Notes: a model not told the origin generated them from the sequence alone. A stretch of 64,000 nucleotides of DNA from an uncultured Thiotrichales bacterium (GCA_903870015.1 CAIQBE010000006.1:12468-76467), one strand, 5' to 3'; counted from the first letter of the stretch, positions 29,678 to 41,104 are shown. Numbers and translations: made by a program.

Positions 29678-30685
29678 ATGATCGTGTTAGGCATCGAAAG
29701 CTCCTGCGATGAAAGTGCCGCGGCCCTTTATGATTCGCACAGAGGCATTTTGAGCCATGCGCTGCACACCCAAATTCCACTGCATGCACAATATGGCGGC
29801 GTGGTGCCTGAGCTTGCCTCGCGTGATCATGTGCGTAAATTATTACCCCTCGTAGATCAAGCTATCAACCAAGCCAAAATCAGCCCAAAAGAAATCGATG
29901 CCATTGCCTATACCTCAGGCCCTGGACTCATCGGCGCACTGATGACGGGCGCAGCCCTCGCTAAAAGCTTAGCCTTTGCCTGGAATAAGCCCGCATTGGC
30001 GATACATCATATGGAAGGACATTTACTCGCGCCTCTACTTGAAAGCAACAAGCCCGCCTACCCCTTCATCGCCCTATTAGTGTCGGGCGGCCATACCCAA
30101 CTTATGCGAATCAATAGCTTAGGCAATTATCAAATATTAGGGGATACGCTCGATGATGCCGCGGGCGAAGCATTTGACAAAACCGCAAAACTACTAGGCC
30201 TACCCTATCCCGGCGGCAAAGCCTTATCCATGCTTGCACAAACAGGCACCGCTCGTTTTAAACTCCCCAAGCCTATGCCCCAAAATTTAGATTTTAGCTT
30301 TAGCGGACTCAAAACTGCTGTACGATTGCTCATTGAAAAAGAACAACCGCTGACACAAGAAACCAAAGCGGACATCGCCGCTAGCTTTGAAAAAGTCATC
30401 ACCCAAAGCCTTACCGATAAAGCCATCAACGCCATACGCTTAACTGGCCTAAAACGCCTTGTCGTCTCAGGCGGCGTCAGCGCCAACAAAAGCTTGCGCG
30501 CAACACTGGATCAAGGGGCAAAAGAATATCATTTTGAAGTATTTTACCCACGCTTAGAATACTGCACAGACAACGCGGCAATGATCGCCCTGGTAGGAGC
30601 ACTACGTTTAGAACAAGGATTTCAGGATAGTGACAGCAGCATTAATACATTTGCGAGAATGCAGTTAGGACTTCACCAAACGTAA
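29678..30685 (+). CDS. tsaD: tRNA threonylcarbamoyltransferase TsaD
   Basis: [45 protein letters not shown]. Confidence 0.98.
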   Translation: MIVLGIESSCDESAAALYDSHRGILSHALHTQIPLHAQYGGVVPELASRDHVRKLLPLVDQAINQAKISPKEIDAIAYTSGPGLIGALMTGAALAKSLAFAWNKPALAIHHMEGHLLAPLLESNKPAYPFIALLVSGGHTQLMRINSLGNYQILGDTLDDAAGEAFDKTAKLLGLPYPGGKALSMLAQTGTARFKLPKPMPQNLDFSFSGLKTAVRLLIEKEQPLTQETKADIAASFEKVITQSLTDKAINAIRLTGLKRLVVSGGVSANKSLRATLDQGAKEYHFEVFYPRLEYCTDNAAMIALVGALRLEQGFQDSDSSINTFARMQLGLHQT

Positions 30686-31087
30686 ATTACCTTTTTTAGG
30701 CTTGGTTTCAAGCACCGTATCATCCGAAGACTTAGGATCAAAATTATCACTATCACCTTCATTGATCACCATGGTAAATTCATTATCGGTTGTATAAACA
30801 CCTTGCTCCGTTTCCTCAGCATACAAGGCCAAGATACTCAACAAAGGCAAATACACGCGCATCATGTCATCATCAAAACCGGCATCAAAAGATACCCCTT
30901 GATCATCAAAATACATGTTTTCAATGGCTTCGGCGGAGGCATTTAAAATAATCTGGCCGTCTTCGACGTATTCTTTCGGAACGATAACATCTTTATGCAG
31001 GGCATTAACTAAAAAATACGGTGTATAACCATGGTCTAGTAACCATTCATAAGTCGCTTTAAGAACATAAGAACGCAAACGTGCCAT
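30665..31087 (-). CDS. sspB: ClpXP adaptor SspB
   Basis: YEWLLD...TPY, VP.EYV.DGQIILN, C-terminal LRLVK. Confidence 0.93.
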   Translation of the reverse strand: MARLRSYVLKATYEWLLDHGYTPYFLVNALHKDVIVPKEYVEDGQIILNASAEAIENMYFDDQGVSFDAGFDDDMMRVYLPLLSILALYAEETEQGVYTTDNEFTMVINEGDSDNFDPKSSDDTVLETKPKKGNLRLVKS

Positions 31088-31108
31088 AAGCAGAGCCCTC
31101 GGAAAATA

Positions 31109-31753
31109 TTATTGATAATACCCAGGACGCATCTCGCGCTCAGCATCAGACAAGCTTTGCACAAAAGATTCACGTTTAAACATGCGATCCATGTATTTTA
31201 AAATCGGCTTGGCGTGATCATACTTGGTCAAATCGATCCCCATGGATGGCAAACGCCAAAGCATCGCAGCTAAACTACAATCCACTAAACTAAACTCTTC
31301 ACTTAAGAAAAATGAATAATCGCCAAACACACTGCTAATTGACAATAAACTCTCAACCAATTCTTTACGCGCCAGTTCCTGCACATCTTTTTTACCATCA
31401 AGAATACGTTTCATGGGCGCATACCAATCACGATCAATACGCAACATCATCAAACGGCTACGTGCACGGGTGACAGGATAAATAGGCATGAGTGGAGGAT
31501 GAGGAAAACGCTCTTCTAGATACTCAAGAATAATATTGGGTTCATACAAAACCAAGTCACGATCAACCAAGGTAGGTACAGTACTATAAGGATTTAACTC
31601 CAAGAGCTCTTCAGGCAAATTTTCGAGATCAACTTCGATAATCTCAGGGGTAATGCCTTTTTCAGCAAGGACAATCCGAACACGATGACACCAAGGACAT
31701 ACTTTATTACTAAATAAGGTCATTAACGAACGGCGACTACCTAAAAAAGCCAT
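31109..31753 (-). CDS. sspA: stringent starvation protein A
   Basis: HRVRIVLAEKG, NPYSTVPTLVDRDL, ERFPHPPLMP. Confidence 0.95.
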   Translation of the reverse strand: MAFLGSRRSLMTLFSNKVCPWCHRVRIVLAEKGITPEIIEVDLENLPEELLELNPYSTVPTLVDRDLVLYEPNIILEYLEERFPHPPLMPIYPVTRARSRLMMLRIDRDWYAPMKRILDGKKDVQELARKELVESLLSISSVFGDYSFFLSEEFSLVDCSLAAMLWRLPSMGIDLTKYDHAKPILKYMDRMFKRESFVQSLSDAEREMRPGYYQ

Positions 31754-31792
31754 GAGAACCCCTTGTACATTTTCTTCAATTCAAAAAAAGAA

Positions 31793-32185
31793 CTAGCGCT
31801 TGGAGTACTGAGGACGCTTACGAGCACCATGTAATCCGACTTTCTTACGCTCAACTTCACGGGCATCACGAGTAACAAAGCCTGCTTGACGCAATGCTGA
31901 TTTAAACTCATCGTTAAACTCAATCAAAGCACGGGTAATACCATGACGAATCGCACCGGCTTGGCTATTCACACCACCGCCCTTGACATTCACTTTGATA
32001 TTAAAATCTTTGATAATATCGAGCAACTCTAAAGGTTGGCGCACGATCATGCGTGAGGTTTTACGACCAAAATACTCTTCAACGGTTTTATCATTGATAG
32101 AGATTTCACCTGAACCTTTGCTTAAATAAACACGTGCGGTTGAGGTTTTACGACGACCAACACCAATATTTTGAGAAACTGCCAT
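31793..32185 (-). CDS. rpsI: 30S ribosomal protein S9
   Basis: [32 protein letters not shown]. Confidence 0.99.
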   Translation of the reverse strand: MAVSQNIGVGRRKTSTARVYLSKGSGEISINDKTVEEYFGRKTSRMIVRQPLELLDIIKDFNIKVNVKGGGVNSQAGAIRHGITRALIEFNDEFKSALRQAGFVTRDAREVERKKVGLHGARKRPQYSKR

Positions 32186-32202
32186 ATTCATATCACCTTT
32201 AA

Positions 32203-32631
32203 TTAAACTTTAAGAACTTGTGGTTGTTGAGCACTATGAGGATGATCAACACCAGGATAAACTTTTAACTTTCTATACATCTCACGACCCAAAGGATTTT
32301 TGGGCAACATGCCTTTAACCGCAAGCTCAATGACTTCTTCAGGACGGTTAGCAATTTTCTCATCAAAGCTAGCTTCTTTCATACCGCTTGGGTAGCCGCT
32401 ATAATGATAATATTTTTTATCCAAACCTTTATTACCGGTTACGGCAACTTTTGCTGCATTAATAACAACAATATAATCACCCGTATCAACGTGCGGGGTA
32501 TAAATGGGCTTATGTTTGCCACGCAAACGACTAGCAATTTGGCTAGCCAGGCGACCCAGGGTTTGACCCTCGGCGTCTATAATGAACCAGGTACGTTTTA
32601 CTTCGACAGCTTTAGCGCTTAATGTTCTCAT
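32203..32631 (-). CDS. rplM: 50S ribosomal protein L13
   Basis: [36 protein letters not shown]. Confidence 0.99.
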   Translation of the reverse strand: MRTLSAKAVEVKRTWFIIDAEGQTLGRLASQIASRLRGKHKPIYTPHVDTGDYIVVINAAKVAVTGNKGLDKKYYHYSGYPSGMKEASFDEKIANRPEEVIELAVKGMLPKNPLGREMYRKLKVYPGVDHPHSAQQPQVLKV

Positions 32632-32836
32632 GATCTTAAACCTTTTTTAACAATTAATCTAAACTCTTTTAAGAGCAGGACATCTTAGACTATTTTGAGG
32701 CAGAGCGCAAGTATTTTTTACAGAAGGTATATTTTTCAATATACGCTCATTTTTTAGCGCTAGCGCTCCCCTTAAAAATTTGCGATAATAAGCTACGTTA
32801 TTTTACCCCTTGTAAAACTTAAGATTAACACTGAAA

Positions 32837-33436
32837 ATGCTGATATTTAAGCGCCTATTGACAGTATTAAGCCTAACCATTCTAAGCCATTGCGCTTGGG
32901 CAAACGCCTATATCGGGGCAGGCGGAGGCTTCAGCGCTCCGGAAAACGCACCAAGCTTAAATGGCGCCAATTCAAGCAATCAACAGTATACTTACAATGC
33001 CGACTTAGGCTATCAATACAATTTCGCCCCCCATTTTGCCAGCGGCATCGAAGCTGACTATATTAATTACGGACAAACCAACTACACGCCAAGCAACACG
33101 AATAGCACAAATGGCAGCTTTGCCAACTCAGCCATTCAAATTTTAGTGACCGGCACCTATTTAATGGATAACGGCGTCAACACCTTCGTCAAAGCCGGAG
33201 TTGGTCACCAAACCTCTGAGCTAAACCTAAACAACGGCTCAACCAGCCTCAGCACCTGGATTCCTGATGTTGCCGGCGGCGTAGGCTACTATGTCTTAAA
33301 AAACCTAGACCTCTATGTTCAATATCAACACAGCTTTGGTAGCAACTGGAATAACGCCAACGCCAGCAACACGCCAAGCAACCCCACCACTATGGACAGC
33401 CTGACCGCAGGCGCCACTTACCTACTCCCCATGTAA
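32837..33436 (+). CDS. outer-membrane beta-barrel protein (OmpA-like transmembrane domain)
   Basis: Signal peptide, YIGAGGG, LGYQY, GIEADY..YG, AGGVGY alternating beta pattern. Confidence 0.8.
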   Translation: MLIFKRLLTVLSLTILSHCAWANAYIGAGGGFSAPENAPSLNGANSSNQQYTYNADLGYQYNFAPHFASGIEADYINYGQTNYTPSNTNSTNGSFANSAIQILVTGTYLMDNGVNTFVKAGVGHQTSELNLNNGSTSLSTWIPDVAGGVGYYVLKNLDLYVQYQHSFGSNWNNANASNTPSNPTTMDSLTAGATYLLPM

Positions 33437-33439
33437 CCT

Positions 33440-34030
33440 ATGTTATTTAACGAAGCAACCCTACGCCAACAGAGCAAAATAGACCACCAAACCGCCATTC
33501 ACCTCTTCCCCACCATCGACTCAACCAATCGTTTTTTACTGGAGCAAGCTCCAAACTTACAGCCCGCATTTTGCCTAAGCGAAACCCAAACCGCAGGCCG
33601 TGGGCAACAAGGCAGGACCTGGGTATCACCCAAAGCTCAAAATATTTATCTCTCTTATCTAACATACTCAGAAATACCGCTACACCAACTCCAAGATGCC
33701 AGCATTAAAGTCGGCAAAGTGTTATTGAATCACCTCACCCAAGAACTCAAAATCCGAAATTTACATTTAAAATGGCCCAACGACATTCTCTTTGAACAAA
33801 AACAAAAACTTGCCGGGATTTTAGTAGAAACCAAAAGCCTAGAAAATGTATCCGCCCTTGTCATTGGCATTGGCCTTAACGTCAATATGAAAGAAAGCAC
33901 AGAAACGATTAGCCAAGCCTGGACATCATTGACTAATATTACCCACAAAACTTATGATTTAAATGATATTGCCGCAGGACTGATGGCGGCGCTAGATAAC
34001 GCCTTCGCACCAAAAAAGACCATGAATTAG
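33440..34030 (+). CDS. birA: biotin-protein ligase, catalytic domain only
   Basis: [38 protein letters not shown]; no HTH and no C-terminal domain. Confidence 0.9.
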   Translation: MLFNEATLRQQSKIDHQTAIHLFPTIDSTNRFLLEQAPNLQPAFCLSETQTAGRGQQGRTWVSPKAQNIYLSYLTYSEIPLHQLQDASIKVGKVLLNHLTQELKIRNLHLKWPNDILFEQKQKLAGILVETKSLENVSALVIGIGLNVNMKESTETISQAWTSLTNITHKTYDLNDIAAGLMAALDNAFAPKKTMN

Positions 34031-34686
34031 GAGTCACGCCCATAATACTTAACACCAAGCTCAATCGTCGGCCTATCATTTTGCAAACGCCATTTATTAG
34101 AATCTCGCAAAGAATATACACAACCACAATACTCCTGCTGATAAAATTGCTCACGCTTTGATACCTCAATCATGCGCGCCGAGCCCCCTCCCTTACGCCA
34201 ATTAAAAGTCCAATAGCTTAAATCAGGATATTTCGCCGCCGCACGCACACCGCAATCATTGATCTGCTCCATATTTTTCCAACGCGAAATTGCGAGTGAA
34301 CTCGTAAACACAGAAAAATCATGCTCATGCGCATAGAGCGCCGTACGCTCAAAGCGCATATCAAAACACATGGTGCAACGCACGCCGCGCTCAGGCTCCC
34401 ACTCCATACCTTTAGCACGACGGAACCATTCATCACGATCATAATCAGCATCAATGAATTCGATCTGATGCTTATCGGCAAAGCGCTTATTTTCATCTTT
34501 GCGAATTTCATATTCTTTTAAAGGATGAATATTCGGATTATAAAAGAAGATAGTATAATCAATCCCCGATTGCACCAAGCGCTCCATAATATCCCCGGAG
34601 CACGGCGCACAGCAGGAATGCAACAATAACCGCTTAGCGTCATTGTCTAATACCAAAGGCTCAAGATTTAAATTATTCAGATCCAT
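34027..34686 (-). CDS. queH: epoxyqueuosine reductase QueH (DUF208)
   Basis: [33 protein letters not shown]. Confidence 0.93.
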   Translation of the reverse strand: MDLNNLNLEPLVLDNDAKRLLLHSCCAPCSGDIMERLVQSGIDYTIFFYNPNIHPLKEYEIRKDENKRFADKHQIEFIDADYDRDEWFRRAKGMEWEPERGVRCTMCFDMRFERTALYAHEHDFSVFTSSLAISRWKNMEQINDCGVRAAAKYPDLSYWTFNWRKGGGSARMIEVSKREQFYQQEYCGCVYSLRDSNKWRLQNDRPTIELGVKYYGRDS

Positions 34687-34935
34687 AATAGCTCACCTAC
34701 ATTGTAATACCGCCATTTTAATAGGTTAGCGCAAGATTAGCAAACACCAATTTTAATTATAAAGACAAGCAACCAAACTCTATTTTTTTTCTTGAATATA
34801 ATTTAATATGCTTTTTTTAAAACTTAAAGATATAATGACCGGCTATATTATTTAAATAAAGATCAACAAGTTAAATATCGATGACTACAAAAGAAGCATA
34901 AACTAGATATTTTTAAACTAAGAGGTATAACTATA

Positions 34936-37506
34936 ATGCATCATAGAACAGCATTAGCGACCATTCTGGAAACAAACTCAGGAAGACCGGCAGCACCGCC
35001 ACAAACAACGGTCGGCGCCCACAAGGTGCGCACAACTCAAATAACCGACACCTCTCTTTTTTTCACATCACCAACAAGAGCCCAGACTTCTTGCAACAGA
35101 CTAACACTCATGGATTTTTGGAACCTAAACGTTCATCTTGGACCATTAATAAAACCAGATTTTTTAGCGCAAATAAAAAGAATTGTCAATGCAACAGAGG
35201 AAACTACAGTAAGTGACCCTAGAAGCATAGCAAAAATACTAAACCGCATGCTCGACCCAGAAAGGGTTGGAGAAGCCAAAGCATGGATAAGAAATACCGA
35301 AGCTGGCATCAGCTGCACATTTCCAATAACCGCATTTGAACATTTCAACACCCAATTAAACGCTGCTCAACTATACGGTGACACGGAGGGCGCACTAAAA
35401 GAAATACTCAAAGAAAATGACGAAATAAGATCAAGCATAGGCACCGACACCTGCGACGCTATTTTCAATTGGATACAAGGCGAAGCAGATCTTCCCATAG
35501 CAGCACTCAGAACTCTAAAAGCAAAAATAAACGAAACCCCTGAATTACTACCGAAAATAATAAAAATACTCCGCCTCAGAGAGCATGGCGCCAAAATCGA
35601 TCCTGAGCGAAAAACCATAATTCAAGAACCGCTAATAAGCGCCTGCAAAGAACGCACCGAAATACGCGAAGCGCACGCAAAAGAAATAGAGGCGCTTGAA
35701 GCAAGTGGCCACCCCACAGAAGCGACCCTCGCACATCACCGAACTAGGCTTGACGAAATCAATGAGCACATAGGCCAAATTTCCGCAGAGATAAGTCACA
35801 CAATTGAGACTGAAGAACTTCCCATGCTGTATCGAACCCTGCAAAGAAAATTCAGCGATAGCGGCATGAGCATATACATCTGGCTAACCGATGGCAGAAC
35901 AGACTCAGAATGCCCAGAAAAAGAATTAAGAGAGATCATACAAAAACTCGACTGCATACGCGCGCTAACAAAAGCAAACGGCGTCGGTGCTTTTACCATG
36001 TACTCTCCTTGGTCAAAAGACACCACTGAAAACCACTATGAAAAAGCAAGGCAACCAGACGGCACGACTTTAGTAGTACTAAAAAGACTGCCCGCACCAC
36101 TAGATCCTAATCATGAGCAATTTTATATCGACATGGGAAGAATGATATTAATGCTTAACGACAAGCTTTGCCGCCTACCCTCCGATATAGATACAATAAA
36201 AGGCACCCCAAAATTTACAGAATATGTAAACAACATGTTCCAGCAAGCTTTTGGAAGCATAGCAACGCCTGACAAAATAAAAAAATTACTTGAAAGCATA
36301 CTCAGAACTTTTAACCAACAATTTTTTTTCTATATCACCCAACTTATATGCGGACAAGATTCCAGACTTCAGAACTTAATCAAACAAATACACATCTACC
36401 CTTACGAGGATATAAGTCACGGGGGGAGCGATATAAAATTCACCATGGACATAGAGCTAGTCCTACCAGAAATTTTCTACGACGACACCCCCCTCCCCAT
36501 GGACATAGGCTTACAAATATCCTATCGACAAGCGTACGACAGCATGGGCCAACCCACATTTTCCCTACACAGCGCTGTATTCTCAGGCTATGATGAAGAA
36601 ATCGAAAAATTAATCGCAAGCTCGATTGACCCAAGACGAGAGACAGAAGCAAGTCAAACTCTACCAAGAGATGCTCATATTGGCAAATACATTGCTGATC
36701 AAAAAATCTTTATCCACGCCTTAAAAAAACGCACAGAATTACTCAAAGCACTAACTTGCTTTGTAAAAAGCGAACATACGCCCCCCCCAAAAAAATACAC
36801 ACAAGAACAAGACCTGACCGCAAAGCTAGTGCAAGATATAAGCTTATCATATTTCATGCCAGCAACATCCACACTAAGAAATATGAAACTCTCAAATGCA
36901 AAAGCCCACATCGAAAACATCAAAAGAACATGCGGAAAATGCCTGGCACAGCTGATTGAACCTATTTTCCAACATGACCCACTCACCAGCTTCGACACTA
37001 AAACAGAGAAAGCATGCAAAGCAGCAACAAAAATAGGCGAACTCATTAACGCCTTAATTAAAAGCACCGACCAAGATTTTATAGCAGGCTCAGAGAGCAC
37101 AGTGATTGGCCCGAGCTTAAGTATGGGAAAAGAAATATCCAATCTGATAGATGCGCAATGGTTAACGGGTGAAGGTAGAGAGCAAGAGATAAAAGCATTT
37201 ATTGCATATCTTCTTAATAATGATTTACTAACAAAACTCGGCTACGCTAAGCTCTGCAAAAATTTACGCGCGACTTTCAGCCCAGAATTTTGCACACAAT
37301 TTGCGATGACAATCAAAACCATTGTGTTAACTGGATACACACTAGAGGCTGAACCAGACCGATATGAGCGAAAACTATATGAACAATTTAAAAGCCGAAA
37401 CTCATGGGATCCTCGCCATAAAACCTCAGGAACATTCAGAAAATGCAATACTTATCTTGATACAGGACAAGCCCCAGAACCAGAGACAGCCACCGCTAAT
37501 ACATAG
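34936..37506 (+). CDS. large hypothetical protein, candidate Dot/Icm effector
   Basis: 856-aa ORF, GAGG RBS, AT-rich upstream region, helical, no signal peptide, no recognised family. Confidence 0.75.
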   Translation: MHHRTALATILETNSGRPAAPPQTTVGAHKVRTTQITDTSLFFTSPTRAQTSCNRLTLMDFWNLNVHLGPLIKPDFLAQIKRIVNATEETTVSDPRSIAKILNRMLDPERVGEAKAWIRNTEAGISCTFPITAFEHFNTQLNAAQLYGDTEGALKEILKENDEIRSSIGTDTCDAIFNWIQGEADLPIAALRTLKAKINETPELLPKIIKILRLREHGAKIDPERKTIIQEPLISACKERTEIREAHAKEIEALEASGHPTEATLAHHRTRLDEINEHIGQISAEISHTIETEELPMLYRTLQRKFSDSGMSIYIWLTDGRTDSECPEKELREIIQKLDCIRALTKANGVGAFTMYSPWSKDTTENHYEKARQPDGTTLVVLKRLPAPLDPNHEQFYIDMGRMILMLNDKLCRLPSDIDTIKGTPKFTEYVNNMFQQAFGSIATPDKIKKLLESILRTFNQQFFFYITQLICGQDSRLQNLIKQIHIYPYEDISHGGSDIKFTMDIELVLPEIFYDDTPLPMDIGLQISYRQAYDSMGQPTFSLHSAVFSGYDEEIEKLIASSIDPRRETEASQTLPRDAHIGKYIADQKIFIHALKKRTELLKALTCFVKSEHTPPPKKYTQEQDLTAKLVQDISLSYFMPATSTLRNMKLSNAKAHIENIKRTCGKCLAQLIEPIFQHDPLTSFDTKTEKACKAATKIGELINALIKSTDQDFIAGSESTVIGPSLSMGKEISNLIDAQWLTGEGREQEIKAFIAYLLNNDLLTKLGYAKLCKNLRATFSPEFCTQFAMTIKTIVLTGYTLEAEPDRYERKLYEQFKSRNSWDPRHKTSGTFRKCNTYLDTGQAPEPETATANT

Positions 37507-37625
37507 GAAAACCAAACCCACCTAAATCTTTTGTCGCCACGCAATAAAAAATGTAAACACTTCTTGACATCAAGTAGAAAATAAATGAAAATAACCCTGC
37601 AATTAAATAAAAGGAAGACTTTATT

Positions 37626-37748
37626 ATGAAAAAACTTATTATGATACTCATGATCGCAGGCATTGGCTTCGGCGCAACTAGCGCATTCTCAGACAGCATG
37701 GGCTCTGACCAGATGCTTGGCCACCACTGCATTGGCTTAATGTGCTAA
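37626..37748 (+). CDS. small secreted peptide (40 aa)
   Basis: AAGGAAG RBS; MKKLIMILMIAGIGFGATSAFS-DSMGSDQMLGHHCIGLMC; terminator immediately downstream. Confidence 0.7.
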   Translation: MKKLIMILMIAGIGFGATSAFSDSMGSDQMLGHHCIGLMC

Positions 37749-37762
37749 TTAACCCACTTTTT

Positions 37763-37793
37763 ATAAAAAGCCCGTTTTAACGGGCTTTTTTAT
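37763..37793. terminator. intrinsic terminator (bidirectional form)
   Basis: AAAAAGCCCG-TTTTAA-CGGGCTTTTTT. Confidence 0.85.
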
Positions 37794-37916
37794 TACTAAC
37801 ACATAAAAAAAATCATACAAATTTAATCTTAACATATTATTCCCATGATAAAACAAGTGCTTTTTTAAAAAAAAACATTATAATACCTGTCTATCACTTA
37901 CTAGCAAAAAATCACT

Positions 37917-40900
37917 ATGCAACATCCCTTACCATCAGAACACTCCTCAAGATTCCTAACAAGCGTTATCACCCCAACCCCCCAAGCCGCATCATTAAGA
38001 TCAAGACCAGAACGATTTGATATTAGCGAAACATTAAAACTAGACTTAAGAAAACGATGGCCAGCAGCAACCACACAAGAAGAAAATGAATGCGAAGAGT
38101 GGATCAAGGTAATATTCAGAATATTTGGCCAAGAACCAGAAGCATCAAATCCACAAGTGGAAATCATGGGAAAAGACTATGATCACTTCCTAAACTTTGC
38201 CGAACGACTAAAAGAACTACTGCAATTTATGACCGCCAGAATGGCTGAACAAAAAACAGAGCTAATAGCGACACTGGTAGGGCATTTTCGCACACACTGC
38301 GTGATTATAAATAACCTAGACTACAACCACGCAGCAAACGTATGCGACGCCATCGGTTTATTTTATGGCGCAATTCCGTTTAAAGCAGCAGCGCCCCCCC
38401 TGGATTTGATACCAACAGAATCAGCACAAAGCATCCGCGACCCAAGGATCAAACACGAACTCGCCCTGGAGATCATGGGAAAGATTCAACATAATACCCC
38501 TGAAATAGCAGGCGATGAGATGACAACCGACGCCAGCCTATATACCCCTATACAAACCCAGTTACTAGCATCCATTCTCTTACGCCTGCAAGTGATTGGC
38601 ACTCAAAGCACAATAGCCCATGCTAATGCACATGACACTGAATACACACTCCCAGATGAAATCAACCTATTTTTAGGAAAATTACCTGAACTTCAAGTTG
38701 GCACCTATGCAACCCTTAGCTTATGGCTCATGTATTACAATCCAACCGAATCTCTTGCAGAGTATCTCAGCAAAAAAGCAGGATTAACAATAATAGCCAC
38801 AGCAGGTGAAACAACTGCTGTGTTTTTACAAAGACTACAAGCAGCCATCCTCGAAAATTATTTAGTCGATATACAAACAAGACTAACAACAACAGAGGAA
38901 ACAGAAAGAGCAACAGCCCCCTCAGCACTTAAAGCACTATGTGAGGTAGGAGAAAGAATACTCCCACCCACAGCCCCCATCAGAAGCGGCGGAGCAGCGT
39001 CGGCAACACCTAGCAGCGCAGAAATAGGTTCTGGATTAGAGCTCCGCACGTGGAACACACCACAGGCACCTCAAACCGCTGAAGAATTACAAACGCAATT
39101 AGAACAAAATAAAATCATACAATATACGCAAATATTGAGAATAATCGCCCATGAAAAAGTCCTAAACTTCTATAATGCCCTACACGAATCCAACCCCGAA
39201 GAGGCCTCATGGCTTTTAAAAGCTTTTTTACGCCTGCAAGCTATGCAAGCCTTCGATAACCCTGCTATCAAAAAAAGCTACGAAAAGGCAACCGAACATC
39301 AAAACAAACAAAGCCTATACCACCCACAACTAGCCCCTATTTTACAAGCCTGGAAAAGCTACATAAGCACAGATGCAAGCAACCCCCTGCGATTATTATT
39401 AAGGGCACAACAAGAAAAATGGATACGCGAGGGCCTCGATAACAAGATGATTTTTAAAAAACTAGCACAACTAGTAATAGACAATCTCATACTTGCACAA
39501 GACCTAATCACACGCGAAACGTTATCAGAAAATCAACACAAAATCTACAAAGAGTTATTAAACTTTGACTTTCTAACCCCCGCGATAGTCTCTGAACAGC
39601 TGCCAGAGGGAGCCACTGCAAGACAAAATGCGATTGCCTGTTTGCGCGCCAACCCTGAATTACTGGCCGACATACACGAAATGATCAATACCATTATGAT
39701 GCCAGAGAAGGGCTTGCCAAAGCATGAACTAATGCGGGCATTTAAAGCAAACCGCGACCAAAATACTTTTCCGGAAAATACAGACATAGGGCTAAACTTA
39801 AGCTTAAGACAAAACCCGGCCTTCAGATTTCTGCAAGAACTATTGCAGATCAAACAACTACCCCCACCAGGAAGCGCTGGAGAGGAGCTATTTCGGCATT
39901 TAACCATTGAAGAATTCCAAATAAAGTCTCAATACAAAACGGGAGAGATCTTGGTAAAAGCATTTGCTCGCTATCTCGAGGACACTTTTCCAGAAAAGGC
40001 AGAGCAGATTCAAGTTATTCGCGCCTGGATACAATACTACATAAAATACATAAACTTTGCCCTCGACCAATATGAACAGCAAACCACACCAGAGCGGAGA
40101 ACCGATAACGATGAGGCAACCTATCGACCCGCCACAATATTAGAATCCAGTGATGAAAAGATCCGCAAAGCGGGTGTGCTCAGCCTATTAACCCACCTGA
40201 AAGATTCTTTGGACAGCTACGCCACTCAAAATACACCCAGAGGCAAATGCATGCTCAGCCTTCGGGTCATCACATACCTAGGCCTGTTAACAGCCTCTGG
40301 CGCCGCAGAATATTTCTCACGCAAACGCTTTATTGATGATCCAAGTGGCGATAATACCAACCGCATAGAATTAGACGCTTTAGTGGCTGGCGCGGATGCT
40401 GGTATGTTCATGATCGGCGTATTAACGATGATAGGAGTGTTGGTTTTAGCACGAAATAAATTAAACGCCATACAAATGCACGCAACTATTTCAGCGCTAA
40501 AAGGAGAACAGCACCGCCCATATAAAGCCGCTGCAATCACACTAAACGTCTTCGCAGGACTAATAACAGCAACACTGACTGCTGCCGCTTTCTACATTAT
40601 ATTCAAAATACTACCCGGATTAAATAATGAAACAACAATAAACAGTGACGACGACACCCCGCTCTCCCATCATATTGATAACGTCGTCGACACAGGACGC
40701 TACATAGTGCTCGCTGGATTATTCATGGGAGGAATCAGTGCAGTCATCACTGGCAAAGTGATACAAATGTGCCGCAAGTATGATTGGTGCTGCAGCCGAA
40801 ATAATGGCGTAGAGCAAGTGAACTCAGTGGAAGACGATGGGCTTGAACCACAAACATTCATGCCAGCAATATCCAAAAGGCGCGGATCTACAACCGCTCT

Positions 40901-41057
40901 TTTACTCGGAAGCCAAGAACCAATGGCAACTAGTCATCTACTCGAAAACAGAGGACAAGGACTCCAATCATATGGAGCGACTGGCACAACACTACACCGA
41001 GCCTCTGGCATAGTCCGGGAAAAGGTCGCTGGTGCTAATCCCGGACTCCTCACTTAA
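37917..41057 (+). CDS. large hypothetical protein with C-terminal TM segments, candidate effector
   Basis: 1046 aa; helical N-terminal ~780 aa, four hydrophobic segments, then CRKYDWCC. Confidence 0.78.
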   Translation: MQHPLPSEHSSRFLTSVITPTPQAASLRSRPERFDISETLKLDLRKRWPAATTQEENECEEWIKVIFRIFGQEPEASNPQVEIMGKDYDHFLNFAERLKELLQFMTARMAEQKTELIATLVGHFRTHCVIINNLDYNHAANVCDAIGLFYGAIPFKAAAPPLDLIPTESAQSIRDPRIKHELALEIMGKIQHNTPEIAGDEMTTDASLYTPIQTQLLASILLRLQVIGTQSTIAHANAHDTEYTLPDEINLFLGKLPELQVGTYATLSLWLMYYNPTESLAEYLSKKAGLTIIATAGETTAVFLQRLQAAILENYLVDIQTRLTTTEETERATAPSALKALCEVGERILPPTAPIRSGGAASATPSSAEIGSGLELRTWNTPQAPQTAEELQTQLEQNKIIQYTQILRIIAHEKVLNFYNALHESNPEEASWLLKAFLRLQAMQAFDNPAIKKSYEKATEHQNKQSLYHPQLAPILQAWKSYISTDASNPLRLLLRAQQEKWIREGLDNKMIFKKLAQLVIDNLILAQDLITRETLSENQHKIYKELLNFDFLTPAIVSEQLPEGATARQNAIACLRANPELLADIHEMINTIMMPEKGLPKHELMRAFKANRDQNTFPENTDIGLNLSLRQNPAFRFLQELLQIKQLPPPGSAGEELFRHLTIEEFQIKSQYKTGEILVKAFARYLEDTFPEKAEQIQVIRAWIQYYIKYINFALDQYEQQTTPERRTDNDEATYRPATILESSDEKIRKAGVLSLLTHLKDSLDSYATQNTPRGKCMLSLRVITYLGLLTASGAAEYFSRKRFIDDPSGDNTNRIELDALVAGADAGMFMIGVLTMIGVLVLARNKLNAIQMHATISALKGEQHRPYKAAAITLNVFAGLITATLTAAAFYIIFKILPGLNNETTINSDDDTPLSHHIDNVVDTGRYIVLAGLFMGGISAVITGKVIQMCRKYDWCCSRNNGVEQVNSVEDDGLEPQTFMPAISKRRGSTTALLLGSQEPMATSHLLENRGQGLQSYGATGTTLHRASGIVREKVAGANPGLLT

Positions 41058-41104
41058 GCAGTGGTGATGATGATGCACCACCAAAATAGTACTATTTAGA
41101 AATA

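Noticed and set aside
31109-32631. Absence of petABC between rpsI and sspA
   Set aside because: Direct rplM-rpsI-sspA-sspB order is common (e.g. enterobacteria) and not informative alone.
36781-36794. C8-A6 run in the 856-aa ORF as a phase-variable tract
   Set aside because: Short, in frame (PPPKK) and unremarkable for this A/C-rich strand.
37496-37732. 78-aa minus-strand ORF
   Set aside because: Antisense to the 40-aa peptide gene, which has the RBS, signal peptide and terminator.
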